Shown: positions 19,928 to 29,678, counted from the stretch's first letter. The stretch is DNA of 64,000 nucleotides from Planctomycetota bacterium (GCA_038747275.1 JBCDJW010000003.1:4098-68097); one strand, 5' to 3'. Notes: generated from the letters alone by a model not told the origin. Numbers and translations are program-made.

Positions 19928-20782
19928 TTACGGCTTGGCCCACTTGGCGTGCCAGGTTTCGAAGCTGTCGACCTTGGTGGGGTCGGACGAGCGGGCGACG
20001 AAGCCTTGTTTGAGTGCGTCGGGGTGGGCCGAGGCGGTGGGGACGAAACGCATGTCCATGGACCAGCGCATCTTGTCGGTGGTGTTGGGCATCGCGCCGT
20101 GGGGGGTGAGGTCGGTGAAGCAGAGCAGGTCGCCGGGCTGCATGGGGATGGGCAGGCGTTCCATGTCTTTGGTGTCTTGGGGGCGGATGCCGATGAACCC
20201 GGTGCCGGAGGACTCGTCGCCGTCAAAGAGGTGGTTCGAGTTGAAGTTCGGCACGATTTCGAGGCAGCTGCGGGTGGCGTCGACTTCGTGGAGCGGGAAC
20301 CAGGCGGACATGACGTTGGTGCGGGCCTGGGGGATGAAGTACTGGGCGTCCTGGTGCATCGGGGTGTTGGTGAAGTTGGCGCCGGGGCATTTGGGCCGCA
20401 TGTTCCAGATGCCGTGGCTGACCAGTTCGTCGGACTCCAGCAGCGCGCCGGCGGCGTCGAGCAGCACGGGGTGACGCAGGAATTCGAAGACCGGGCGGGG
20501 GTCGAGCTCAACGAGTTGGCCCCGCGGGCTGCGTTCGTGGACCGGCTTGCCGGCGTCTTCCCAGAGCGTGTTGAACCGGCGTTCGAACGGCAGGTCTTCC
20601 TTGAGGTCTTGGATCAGGCCCTTATCGAGCCACGCTCCGGCCTGGTCGTCGACCCACCGTCGGCAGACGCCGCGGCACGTCTCGAGCAACTCTTCCGGGA
20701 GCACCCCACGCAGGAGGATATAGCCTTGCTCGTGGTATTGTTTAACGTCTTCGGGCGTAACGGTGGCGAGAGCGGTGGACAT
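19928..20782 (-). CDS. Phytanoyl-CoA dioxygenase (PhyH) family Fe(II)/2-oxoglutarate oxygenase
   Basis: YHEQGYILLRG, MHQD (HxD), PHGAMPN, RWSMD. SD AAGGAG before ATG 20782. Confidence 0.92.
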   Translation of the reverse strand: MSTALATVTPEDVKQYHEQGYILLRGVLPEELLETCRGVCRRWVDDQAGAWLDKGLIQDLKEDLPFERRFNTLWEDAGKPVHERSPRGQLVELDPRPVFEFLRHPVLLDAAGALLESDELVSHGIWNMRPKCPGANFTNTPMHQDAQYFIPQARTNVMSAWFPLHEVDATRSCLEIVPNFNSNHLFDGDESSGTGFIGIRPQDTKDMERLPIPMQPGDLLCFTDLTPHGAMPNTTDKMRWSMDMRFVPTASAHPDALKQGFVARSSDPTKVDSFETWHAKWAKP

Positions 20783-20890
20783 GTTTGAGTCTCCTTGAGT
20801 TGTTTCAGATGACAATTCATGCGACATAAAGTAGGCCGTGAAATAGCTCGCACAATAGGCGGCGATCCCTATTTGTGGTATATATTCACC

Positions 20891-21709
20891 ATGTCGAATG
20901 CAGGTTCAGGCTGTGTGATCGACCTCAATCAGCCGCCGCGGATTGTGGTGGCGGGGCGTAGCACCCACGGCCACCGTCCGGTCGAGCGTTTTTGTTTCGA
21001 TGACGTGTGGTGTATCCACCTCTATCGTTATCGCTTCACGCTGGAGCTCGACGGCGTAACGCACCGGGTGGAGCCGGACACGGTGAGTCTGATTCGGCCG
21101 CGGGTGCGGATGGCTTTCCGTTATCCCCGGCCAGGCTGCCGACACCTGTACTGCCTTTTCGTTCTCGATCCGCCGAGCCGCCGCGTCGAGCGGGAGAGTT
21201 TGGACGCTGCCGCTCCGCCGACGTCATACCGCGTTTTTGGGGAGGGGGCGGCGCTGGGCCCCGCGTTCACGCGGCGGTTTGAGCGTGTGGCGGAGAACCA
21301 CGCGACGCGGCCAGGGCGGGCGACGGCGGCGTTGTGGGAGATGCTCTGGCAGCTCACCGATTCGGACCCCGCTGGCGAAGACGAGCCGGCCGACCCTGCT
21401 GAGGTCGCCGCGGCGCAGATCCGTACGCGTCTCAACGAACCGCTACGGGTTGCCGACCTGGCTGAGGAAGTTGGCTTGTCGCACAACCAGCTCACCCGCC
21501 GCTTCCGCGCGCGGTACGGCACGACGGTCGTGGCGTATCTGCAGGCCCAGCGGTTGGCTGAGGCGGAGCGGATGCTGGTCGAGACGACGCTGCCGATGAA
21601 GGTGATCGCCGGCGAGATCGGGCTGGACGCCCAGCAGTTCAACAAGGCGGTGCGGCGTGGGCTGGGCGCGAGCCCGTCGGCGGTGCGGGCGGGCCGTGGT
21701 CGGCGTTGA
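20891..21709 (+). CDS. AraC-family transcriptional regulator, divergent from the PhyH gene
   Basis: LAEEVGLSHNQLTRRFR...RLAEAERML...FNKAVRRGLGASPSAVR. Confidence 0.9.
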   Translation: MSNAGSGCVIDLNQPPRIVVAGRSTHGHRPVERFCFDDVWCIHLYRYRFTLELDGVTHRVEPDTVSLIRPRVRMAFRYPRPGCRHLYCLFVLDPPSRRVERESLDAAAPPTSYRVFGEGAALGPAFTRRFERVAENHATRPGRATAALWEMLWQLTDSDPAGEDEPADPAEVAAAQIRTRLNEPLRVADLAEEVGLSHNQLTRRFRARYGTTVVAYLQAQRLAEAERMLVETTLPMKVIAGEIGLDAQQFNKAVRRGLGASPSAVRAGRGRR

Positions 21710-21842
21710 GGTCGGGCACGAAGACTTTGATTCAAAACTTTATTTAGAACCGGATTAATACCCAGACCCACCGAAATAAATCGTCGCGAAGCAAGGCGGA
21801 ATGTTTTATGATCGACTGTTCACGATGATCTGGGAGCCAACG

Positions 21843-23036
21843 ATGCGGAGTTTTGCTGGGTACGGTGCGGCGGTGATGGTTTTGACCGTGGCGGGATGCG
21901 GTGGGCCGAGTGTGCCGCCCCCGCCCCCGCCGCCGGCGGTCGAGGTGGCGACGCCCGAGCGGCGGGACGTGACGTCGTACTACCACTACACCGGAAACCT
22001 CGAGTCGGTGAGCAGCGTCGAGGTGCGGGCGCGGGTGTCGGGCATCCTCGAAGAGATGCACTTCGAGGTGAGCTCGCCGGTCGAAGAAGGCGACAAGCTG
22101 TTCACGATCGAGACCGCGCCGTACGACATCGGCATCGAGTCAGCCCAGGCGGCGGTTAAGTCGGCCGAGGCCGCGGTCGAGCTCGCCACCATCGAGAAGA
22201 ACCAAGTCCAGGAGGCCTTCGATAAGCAGGCGGCCAACGAGCGGGAATTACAGAAGTTCATCACCGCGCTTAAGACCGCCGAGGCGGAGCTATTGGCCGC
22301 GAAGGCGACGCTGCGGGATGCGGAGCTGCAGCGCGAGTACGCCGACGTGGTCAGCCCGATCGCCGGCGTGGTCAGCCGGAACATGGTCGACGTCGGCACG
22401 CTGGTGGGGGTCGGCGAGCCGACGCTGCTGACCAACGTGGTGCAGATGGACCCGATCCACGTCTACGTCGACGTGAGTGAGCGGATCGTGCAGGAGTACC
22501 TCAACCGCGACCACAACGGCGAGGTCAACGGCGAGCGGGCCCCCGAAGCGCCGCCGATCGAGATCGCCCGCTCCAGCGATCCGGCCGGGGCGTACCCCTT
22601 CGGCGGGATGATCGACTACGTCGACAACGTCGTCGACGAATCCACCGGCACGCTCCGCGTCCGCGGCAGCATCCCCAACCCCGAGCGGCGGTTGTTCCCG
22701 GGTCTATTCGTCAGGGCGCGGGTGCCTTACGACACGGTCGAAAACGCCGTCCTCGTCCGCGAGGACGCGCTGGGCACCGATCTCACCGGAAAGTTTGTCC
22801 TGGTCGTCGGCGAGGGTAACGTGATCGAGCAGCGGCCGGTGACGCTGGGCGACAAGACCGACGACGGCTTCATCGTCGTGACCTCCGGCCTCGACGGCAG
22901 CGAGACCTACGTCACCGTCGGCATCCAGAAGGCCCGACCGGGTGAGCCGGTGACTATCCGTAACACTCCTGCGTCGCCGCCGAGCGCAGCTACAACCCCG
23001 GAAGCCGAACCGCAAACCCCGGAAGCGGGGGCCTGA
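21843..23036 (+). CDS. RND efflux periplasmic adaptor (AcrA/MFP), lipoprotein
   Basis: Lipobox VAGC, VEVRARVSG, VVSPIAG, VDESTGT. The ORF extends to 21801. Confidence 0.95.
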   Translation: MRSFAGYGAAVMVLTVAGCGGPSVPPPPPPPAVEVATPERRDVTSYYHYTGNLESVSSVEVRARVSGILEEMHFEVSSPVEEGDKLFTIETAPYDIGIESAQAAVKSAEAAVELATIEKNQVQEAFDKQAANERELQKFITALKTAEAELLAAKATLRDAELQREYADVVSPIAGVVSRNMVDVGTLVGVGEPTLLTNVVQMDPIHVYVDVSERIVQEYLNRDHNGEVNGERAPEAPPIEIARSSDPAGAYPFGGMIDYVDNVVDESTGTLRVRGSIPNPERRLFPGLFVRARVPYDTVENAVLVREDALGTDLTGKFVLVVGEGNVIEQRPVTLGDKTDDGFIVVTSGLDGSETYVTVGIQKARPGEPVTIRNTPASPPSAATTPEAEPQTPEAGA

Positions 23037-23040
23037 GCCG

Positions 23041-26000
23041 ATGATCTCCCGCTTCTTCATCGACCGCCCGGTTTTTGCCGCCGTCGTGGCGATCCTGATG
23101 GTGATCATCGGCGCGGTCAGCGTGTTGGTGCTGCCGATCGAGCAGTACCCCGAGATCGCGCCGCCGGTGGTGCAGGTCACCGCGACCTACCCCGGGGCGG
23201 ATGCGCAGACCGTCGTCGACACGGTCACCGCGCCGCTCGAGCAGCAGCTAAACGGCGTCGAGGGCATGATCTATATGTCCTCGACCTCGACGTCCGAGGG
23301 CACCTGCACGATCAACGTGACTTTCGAGCTAGGGACCGACCCGGACCTCGCCGCGGTGTATACGCAGAACCGCGTCGCCATCGCCGAGCCTCGCCTGCCG
23401 GCCGAGGTGACTCGGCAGGGCGTGCAGACCAAGAAGCGGTCGACCAGCCTGCTGCAGGTCGTCTCGGTCTTCGCCGAGACCGACGACGAGGGCAACCCGC
23501 TCAACCCGGCCTACGACGAGTTGTTCCTGTCGAACTACGTCGAGATCTACGTCAAGGACCGCCTCGCCCGCGTGCCGGGCGTCGGCGAGGTGTTCGTCTT
23601 CGGCGGCAAGCCGTTCGCGATGCGGGTCTGGCTCGACCCCGAGAAGCTTGCGGCTCGTGACCTGACCACGGTCGACCTGCTCGACGCGCTGCGTTCGCAG
23701 AACGTGCAGGTCTCCGGCGGGAAGATCGGCCAAGAGCCGGCCGACACCGAAGACGGCTTCCAGTACACGGTTACCACCCTCGGCCGACTCGACTCGATCG
23801 AGCAGTTCGAGGACATTATCGTCAAGGTCGGCGAAGACCAGCGCGTCGTCCGGGTCAAGGACGTCGCCCGCGTCGAGCTGTCGAGCCAGGACTACGCATG
23901 GTCGGCCGAGGTCAACGGCCGGGCCGCGGCGACGATGGGTATCTACCAGCTGCCCGGCTCGAACGCGGTCGCCGTGGCCGAGGGCATCAGCGAAGCCATG
24001 GCCGAGCTCGAGCGCGACTTCCCGCCGGGGCTCAAACAGCAGGTCACCTTCGACTTCACCAAGTTCGTCACCGCCTCGATCGAAGAGGTCATCACCACGC
24101 TGTTCATCACGATCACGCTGGTGTTTTTGATCACGTACCTGTTCATGCAGAACCTGCGGGCGACGCTCGTGCCCGCGGTGACGATCCCGGTCTCGTTGTT
24201 GGCGACGTTCGGCGTGTTATTGATCTTCGGCTTCTCGCTTAACATGCTGACATTGTTCGGGCTTATCCTCGCGGTGGGCATCGTGGTCGACGATGCGATC
24301 GTGGTCGTTGAGAACACCGCCCGCAACATCGACGAGAAGGGCCTGGGCGCTAAGGAGGCGGCGCGGCAGGCGATGGACGAGGTCAGCGGGGCGTTGATCG
24401 CCACGACGCTGGTCGTGCTAGCCGTGTTCATCCCCACGGCCCTGCTCGGCGGGATGACGGGCGTGCTGTACCGCCAGTTCGCGATCACCATCGCGGTGGC
24501 GACGAGCTTCTCGACCATCAACGCCCTGACCCTCAGCCCGGCACTCTGCGGCATCCTGCTGCGGCCCCAGAAAAAAGTCCGCTTCCCGCTTTTCGTGCTT
24601 TTCAACAAGACGCTCGACGGAACTCGCGGCGGCTACCTCTGGCTGGTGCAGAAGGGCGTCCGCCTCGCGATCATTGTGATACTCGCTTTCGGCGGGTTGG
24701 TCGCGATCACCGGCGGGCTATACCAGAAGACCCCGACCGGCTTCGTGCCGGCCGACGACATGGGCTACTTCTTCGTCAACGTCCAGCTGCCCGACGCGGC
24801 CAAGCTCGCCCGTACCCGCGGCGTCCTCGACCAGGTCGAGGAGATGCTGCTCGAAGAAACACCCGGGGTGGTCAACGTGGTCAGCGTCAACGGCTTTTCT
24901 CTGCTCAGCGGGACGCAGGCAAGCAACAACGCGTTCTGCGTGGTGATCCTGGACAGCTGGGACGATCGGCCACACGTCTTCGAAATCCTCGGCGGGCTCG
25001 CCCCCCGGCTGGCCCAGATCCCCGAGGGCATCGTCTTCCCGTTTACGCCGCCGCCGATCCAGGGCCTTGGCTCTTCGGGCGGGTTCGAGTACCAGCTGCA
25101 GGACCGAAGCGATGCGGGCGTCGGGGCGCTGCAGGACGTCGCCGACGCGATGGTCGCTCAGGGCGAGCAGGACCCGACGCTGACCCAGATGTTCAGCAGC
25201 TTCCGGGCCCGCGTGCCGCAGCTGTTCGTCGACATCGACCGGGTCCAGGCGCAGAAGTTGGGCGTGCCGTTGAGCGTGGTGTTCGACACGATGGCGACGA
25301 ACCTGGGCGGGACGTACGTCAACGACTTCAACTACTTCGGCCGGGTCTTCCGGGTCTATGCCCAGGCCGAGGCCGAGTTCCGCCGCACCGCCGAGGACAT
25401 CACGCTTTTGAAGGTCCGCAACCAGAACGGCGATACGCTGCCGCTGGACACGGTCGCGACGGTGGAGGATTCGCTGGGGGCCTCGGCGATCGTGCGGTTC
25501 AACCAGTACCCCGCGGCGACGATCACCGGCTCGGCCGTGCCGGGCGTCTCGTCGGGGCAGGCGATCGACACGATGCGTCGGCTGTCGGACGAGGTCTTGC
25601 CGCCGGGCTTCAGCTACGAGTGGTCGGGGCAGACGTACCAAGAGCTCGCGGCGGGCAGCCAGACGGCGATCGCGTTCGGAATGGCGTTCATCATCGTGTT
25701 CCTCGTGTTGGCGGCGCAGTACGAGAGCTGGACCACGCCGATCTCGATCTTGTTCACGGTGCCGCTGGGCGTATTCGGGGCGTTGGTCGGCGTCAACGCG
25801 TTGGGGCTAGACAACAACATCTACACGCAGGTCGGGTTCGTGCTCTTGATCTCGCTGGTGGCGAAGAACGCGATCCTGATCGTCGAGTTTGCGCGGGACC
25901 TGCGGCTGCGGGCGGGCCGATCGATCCGCGACGCGGCGCTCGAGGCGGCGAAGCTGCGGTTCCGGCCGATCTTGATGACGGCGTTTTCGTTTGTGCTCGG

Positions 26001-26238
26001 CACCGCGCCGCTGGTCATCGCGACGGGCGCGGGCGCGGCCAGCCGGCGGTCGCTGGGCACGGCGGTGTTCTTCGGGATGCTCCTGGCGACGGTGGTCGGC
26101 ATCGTCTTCGTGCCGGTGTTCTTCTACGTGATCCAGAACATGGCCGAGAAGTTCCGGCCCGTAACGGTTAAAACAAAGACTCATGCCGCCGACCCACCGA
26201 CCGATGAGGGCGAAACCTCAGCCCCCGGATCGAAATAA
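23041..26238 (+). CDS. RND efflux transporter permease (AcrB/HAE1 family)
   Basis: MISRFFIDRPVFA, GIVVDDAIVVVEN, AKNAILIVEF, RFRPILMT; 1065 aa. Confidence 0.97.
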   Translation: MISRFFIDRPVFAAVVAILMVIIGAVSVLVLPIEQYPEIAPPVVQVTATYPGADAQTVVDTVTAPLEQQLNGVEGMIYMSSTSTSEGTCTINVTFELGTDPDLAAVYTQNRVAIAEPRLPAEVTRQGVQTKKRSTSLLQVVSVFAETDDEGNPLNPAYDELFLSNYVEIYVKDRLARVPGVGEVFVFGGKPFAMRVWLDPEKLAARDLTTVDLLDALRSQNVQVSGGKIGQEPADTEDGFQYTVTTLGRLDSIEQFEDIIVKVGEDQRVVRVKDVARVELSSQDYAWSAEVNGRAAATMGIYQLPGSNAVAVAEGISEAMAELERDFPPGLKQQVTFDFTKFVTASIEEVITTLFITITLVFLITYLFMQNLRATLVPAVTIPVSLLATFGVLLIFGFSLNMLTLFGLILAVGIVVDDAIVVVENTARNIDEKGLGAKEAARQAMDEVSGALIATTLVVLAVFIPTALLGGMTGVLYRQFAITIAVATSFSTINALTLSPALCGILLRPQKKVRFPLFVLFNKTLDGTRGGYLWLVQKGVRLAIIVILAFGGLVAITGGLYQKTPTGFVPADDMGYFFVNVQLPDAAKLARTRGVLDQVEEMLLEETPGVVNVVSVNGFSLLSGTQASNNAFCVVILDSWDDRPHVFEILGGLAPRLAQIPEGIVFPFTPPPIQGLGSSGGFEYQLQDRSDAGVGALQDVADAMVAQGEQDPTLTQMFSSFRARVPQLFVDIDRVQAQKLGVPLSVVFDTMATNLGGTYVNDFNYFGRVFRVYAQAEAEFRRTAEDITLLKVRNQNGDTLPLDTVATVEDSLGASAIVRFNQYPAATITGSAVPGVSSGQAIDTMRRLSDEVLPPGFSYEWSGQTYQELAAGSQTAIAFGMAFIIVFLVLAAQYESWTTPISILFTVPLGVFGALVGVNALGLDNNIYTQVGFVLLISLVAKNAILIVEFARDLRLRAGRSIRDAALEAAKLRFRPILMTAFSFVLGTAPLVIATGAGAASRRSLGTAVFFGMLLATVVGIVFVPVFFYVIQNMAEKFRPVTVKTKTHAADPPTDEGETSAPGSK

Positions 26239-26277
26239 TTGTTCGCCGGGTGAGGTTCTCATGGAAAGGACCTCGCC

Positions 26278-26583
26278 ATGCATACCACCTCATACACCGA
26301 AAATCGCCGACTTATCCGCACCACCGGTATTACGGCTGGCTTACTGACCGTTTTACTTTTTCTATCGGGCTGTCAGACCAGCGCCCAGTCTGGCGCAGCG
26401 ATCGGTGCCGGGATCGGCGTGCTGGCGGGGCAGGCGATCGGCGGCAACACTGAGGACACCCTCATCGGCGGCGTCATCGGGGCCGGCACGGGCTACGTCA
26501 TCGGTAACGAAATCGATAAGCAGGAGCAGGCGAAATCCAAGCCGCACTCATCCGCCGATGAATACGAAAGCTCGTCTTATTAA
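26278..26583 (+). CDS. Glycine-zipper lipoprotein
   Basis: Lipobox LSGC and GAAIGAGIGVLAGQAIGG...GGVIGAGTGYVIG. Confidence 0.85.
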   Translation: MHTTSYTENRRLIRTTGITAGLLTVLLFLSGCQTSAQSGAAIGAGIGVLAGQAIGGNTEDTLIGGVIGAGTGYVIGNEIDKQEQAKSKPHSSADEYESSSY

Positions 26584-26640
26584 CTGTGGCGATCAACCCA
26601 TAGCCACGTGTTGCTCAGATTTTCCTGAGTTGTACAGATT

Positions 26641-26678
26641 AAAAAGGCCCGGCTGGGACCGAAGTCCCAAGCCGAGCC
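26641..26678 (-). terminator. Rho-independent terminator with UUCG loop
   Basis: Minus strand GGCTCGGCTTGGGAC-TTCG-GTCCCAGCCGGGCC-TTTTT. Confidence 0.85.
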
Positions 26679-26753
26679 CTTCCGGGGGCAAAATTGGTTT
26701 TTAGCGGCTATACGCTTTTTTGTGGCTCTTCACTCTGCCAAACACGTAGTCTT
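26641..26753 (-). ncRNA. Candidate sRNA 1 (about 110 nt)
   Basis: Promoter-like TTGACG(26787-26782)-16-GATAAT(26765-26760), shared motif GCCCCCGGAAGG (26689-26678), then the terminator. No expression data. Confidence 0.4.
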
Positions 26754-26828
26754 ATCACAATTATCGTTATTGATACATTTTCGTCAACTGTTTCATTCAT
26801 GCTTGATTAATTTACACGAGCGATAAAG

Positions 26829-27836
26829 TCACGCCCGTCGCCGGACTATTCCGGGGTCGATTCCTAGTTTTGATAGCTGTGGCTGGAGTTCTTGCCAGAA
26901 CCGCTTGGCGTCGCTGCCGTAGCCCGCGGTGGGGGCGATTTGGGGAAGTATTCGGCTGAAATAGGCTTGGAAGCGGGCCATCAGAAGCTCGCGGTTGTAT
27001 TTGGCGAGCATCGACGCCAGGGCGACGGGCATGTGCTGTTCTTCGGCGGCGGTCTGGAAATGAATAGTCATCTCGCCGGCTTCGGGGCCGGTAGCCGCCT
27101 GAATCCGGTAGGTGGATCGCCCGGCCGACTCGCCGAGGACATCGACCTCGGCGTCGGGAAAATTCATCGCCAGCACGTCGCGGTAACGCATCCGCCCGGA
27201 TTGGCGGTCGACCACGACGGTGGGGCGGTGCTCGGCGTATTGCCGCCAGATATGCTGGAGGTGGCCGGCGACGAAGGTGAAGCTGACCGCCGCCTTGGAT
27301 TTGGTGGCCTCGGTCATACGATTAAACCGGTCCTCGAAGACCACGGCGCAGCCCAGGTCGGCCACCTCGACGCCGATCCGGCCGCAGGTCTGACGCAGCA
27401 CCCCTCGGGCGATCGCCAACTCGCCCGCGTCAGCCGACACGGGCAGTTCCGCCCACGGCCCGACTTCCTCCACGGTGTACCAAGGCATGCCGTGCAGCGA
27501 CCGGTGGCTGTCTTCCCCCAACACATCCAGCCACTCCGCCACGTTACCCGGGCCGTCTTCCGCCGAGGGATACATCAGCGAGGCGAAGGCTAGGCAGCCC
27601 ATCTCCAGGTGCTTGATCCCCGCGGCCTTGGTTTTGAGCTTCTTCGAATCGTTGACCACCAGCCGGCCTTTTCGGCCCGAAAGCCGACGGCAGACGGCCT
27701 TGTTGAGCCGAGCCCAGAGGTCGGGCGGCGGGGCGTCGTGCTCGAGCTTCGGGATCCGCAGCACGCATCGGCCGACGGTCATCGGGCCGAATGATGGCCC
27801 GTACCCCGCCTCGTCGATGCCCGCGTAAATAAACAT
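26829..27836 (-). CDS. Ribonuclease HII-family protein (long, divergent)
   Basis: AGIDEAGYGP, NDSKKL, VVVDRQ and VALASMLAK motifs. Confidence 0.8.
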   Translation of the reverse strand: MFIYAGIDEAGYGPSFGPMTVGRCVLRIPKLEHDAPPPDLWARLNKAVCRRLSGRKGRLVVNDSKKLKTKAAGIKHLEMGCLAFASLMYPSAEDGPGNVAEWLDVLGEDSHRSLHGMPWYTVEEVGPWAELPVSADAGELAIARGVLRQTCGRIGVEVADLGCAVVFEDRFNRMTEATKSKAAVSFTFVAGHLQHIWRQYAEHRPTVVVDRQSGRMRYRDVLAMNFPDAEVDVLGESAGRSTYRIQAATGPEAGEMTIHFQTAAEEQHMPVALASMLAKYNRELLMARFQAYFSRILPQIAPTAGYGSDAKRFWQELQPQLSKLGIDPGIVRRRA

Positions 27837-27953
27837 AAACCATTTCCTTGACTGGTTTAAAAGCTCATAACGCCGCGACGAAGCCGCTAAACCCGGCGGG
27901 AACGTCCCTATAATGTAACTGGTGAAATCGGTTCAATCGCCCGGAGCTTAAAG

Positions 27954-28817
27954 ATGAGAAAGAGACGTGTCTTGACGTGGTCGTCGGGTTACTTGGCGGC
28001 GGGCCTAATGGGGATGGGCCTGCTCGGCGGGCCGACGCCGGCTTTAGCGCAGACGCGAGTGATCGCGGACGCCGACGTCTCGGCGACGGGCCGGACGCAG
28101 ACGGTGGTGGTCACGCAGCGGCCGCTGCGGACGTTCCGCGGCCAAGCGGTCCGTGTGGGGCGGTTCGCCGAGGACCGCCGATCGATCGGTGTGGTCCGCC
28201 CGCTGCGGCGGGTACCGAGCGTGTTCGAGGATCGTTGTGATACCGTCGGCACCTCGGGCGTGTTCTTCGATACGTTCCCGCGGTTCGAGGAATCGATCGG
28301 GGTAGTGCGGCCGTTCCGCGTGTACCGGCCGCCGGTGCGCCATAAGCCGAAGACCTACACCAATCCGAATGCTGATCAAGCGTCGGCCTCGATCGAACAG
28401 GCTGAATCGGATTCGGCTACGGCGTTGTTGGTGCCGGTCCTTTCCGAAGATATCTCGGTTAGTGCGGTGGAAATAGTGGAGCTGCCGGAGTCTTTGCGCG
28501 AAGACCCGTGGGCGCTCCTTAACCAAGGTTATTACCGCGAAGCCCGCCAGCGCTTCGCCACGCTCGGCGGCCTGGACGACACCTCGATCCGTACCGGCCA
28601 CGCCTTGGCAGCAGCCTTGTCCGGCGACCTGCGTGGCGGTGCCGCGCTGATGCCTGCCGATCCGGCGCTACCCGACGGCACAGCTTTCGAGCCCGGAACG
28701 CGGAAGCGTTTGGAGCAGACTACCCGCTACCTCTACGCCGGCGACGCGGCGATGCAGGCCAAACTTTACGCGTTGCTTGAGTTGTCTCCGCCCAACGCGT
28801 TGGCCGCTGCGGACTGA
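27954..28817 (+). CDS. Secreted hypothetical protein
   Basis: Signal-peptide-like N-terminus (…PTPALA), Arg-rich segment, helical C-terminus. Confidence 0.65.
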   Translation: MRKRRVLTWSSGYLAAGLMGMGLLGGPTPALAQTRVIADADVSATGRTQTVVVTQRPLRTFRGQAVRVGRFAEDRRSIGVVRPLRRVPSVFEDRCDTVGTSGVFFDTFPRFEESIGVVRPFRVYRPPVRHKPKTYTNPNADQASASIEQAESDSATALLVPVLSEDISVSAVEIVELPESLREDPWALLNQGYYREARQRFATLGGLDDTSIRTGHALAAALSGDLRGGAALMPADPALPDGTAFEPGTRKRLEQTTRYLYAGDAAMQAKLYALLELSPPNALAAAD

Positions 28818-28856
28818 GCACCGCGATCGGCTTCAACACAAAGGCTGTATAGCCAT

Positions 28857-28896
28857 AAAAAAAGCCGGCGGGCGATCCGAGGACCGCACCGCCGAC
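28857..28896 (-). terminator. Rho-independent terminator
   Basis: Minus strand GTCGGCGGTGCGGTC-CTCG-GATCGCCCGCCGGC-TTTTTTT. Confidence 0.85.
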
Positions 28897-28932
28897 CTTC
28901 CGGGGGCTGTGTTGTGTCGCCGTTAAGCAACA
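28857..28932 (-). ncRNA. Candidate sRNA 2 (about 75 nt)
   Basis: Promoter-like TTGCAC(28966-28961)-16-TATATT(28944-28939), shared motif GCCCCCGGAAGG (28907-28896), then the terminator. No expression data. Confidence 0.4.
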
Positions 28933-29108
28933 GTGATAAATATAAGTAAATTGCTCAGGCGTGCAAGTTCGTGTTGTCCCGAGAATATTATCGGTAAATT
29001 CCCGATTTCAATTTTGTCGTTAAATATAACATTCGGCTGCTTTTATCTATTCTGTGTGGTCTTGAGGTGACACATCTGTTTCGCTTTCTAATCCCTCGAA
29101 GCATCAAT

Positions 29109-29678
29109 TCACGCGCTGCGTAGCCACGTAAGGTCGTGCTTCCGCATCTGGTATCGGAGTTGACGCAGGCTGAGACCCAGGTCGGCGGCGACGTCGTCGA
29201 GGGTGCCCGCCCGGTTGCGGTTGAAGGCGAACTCGATCTCTTCGCGGTGTATGTCTTCCCATTTGCGTTGGCGGAAGCGTTCGGTCCGTTTGAGGTGGAC
29301 CGCCATCGCCGACTGGACCAGGTTCCACAGGTCCACCGCGTTCCGGGTCTTGTCCCAGGTGGCGTAGGCGTGGCCTTCGACGACGTAGCGCAGCGTCTGC
29401 GGCCAAGAAAACGCCTCGTTGCCCATGACGATGACGGGGGCTGTGGCGTACTCCCGCTCGAACAACGGCATGAGCTCGATCCCGTCGATCCCGCAGTCCA
29501 GTTCTTTGTCGAGCAGGATGCAGGCGACGTTACGAGGGTCGGGCTTGTTGGCCAGCAGGGCGGCGGGTCCGGTGAAGCCGTGGCATTCGAACGGGAAAGC
29601 CGCGGTGGTGTTCTGGAGGATTCCCAGCACCGTGGGGTCGTCGTCGATCACCAGAAGTATGTCGTTGTTGCCCGGCAT
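29109..29678 (-). CDS. Response regulator: receiver domain + Fis-type HTH
   Basis: LLVIDDD, ILLD (phosphoacceptor), C-term LDDVAADLGLSLRQLRYQMRKH. Confidence 0.8.
   Translation of the reverse strand: MPGNNDILLVIDDDPTVLGILQNTTAAFPFECHGFTGPAALLANKPDPRNVACILLDKELDCGIDGIELMPLFEREYATAPVIVMGNEAFSWPQTLRYVVEGHAYATWDKTRNAVDLWNLVQSAMAVHLKRTERFRQRKWEDIHREEIEFAFNRNRAGTLDDVAADLGLSLRQLRYQMRKHDLTWLRSA

Noticed and set aside
22991-23036. Repeated ACCCCGGAAGC at the end of the MFP gene
   Set aside because: It encodes the disordered tail TPEA...TPEA, a coding micro-repeat with no evident significance.
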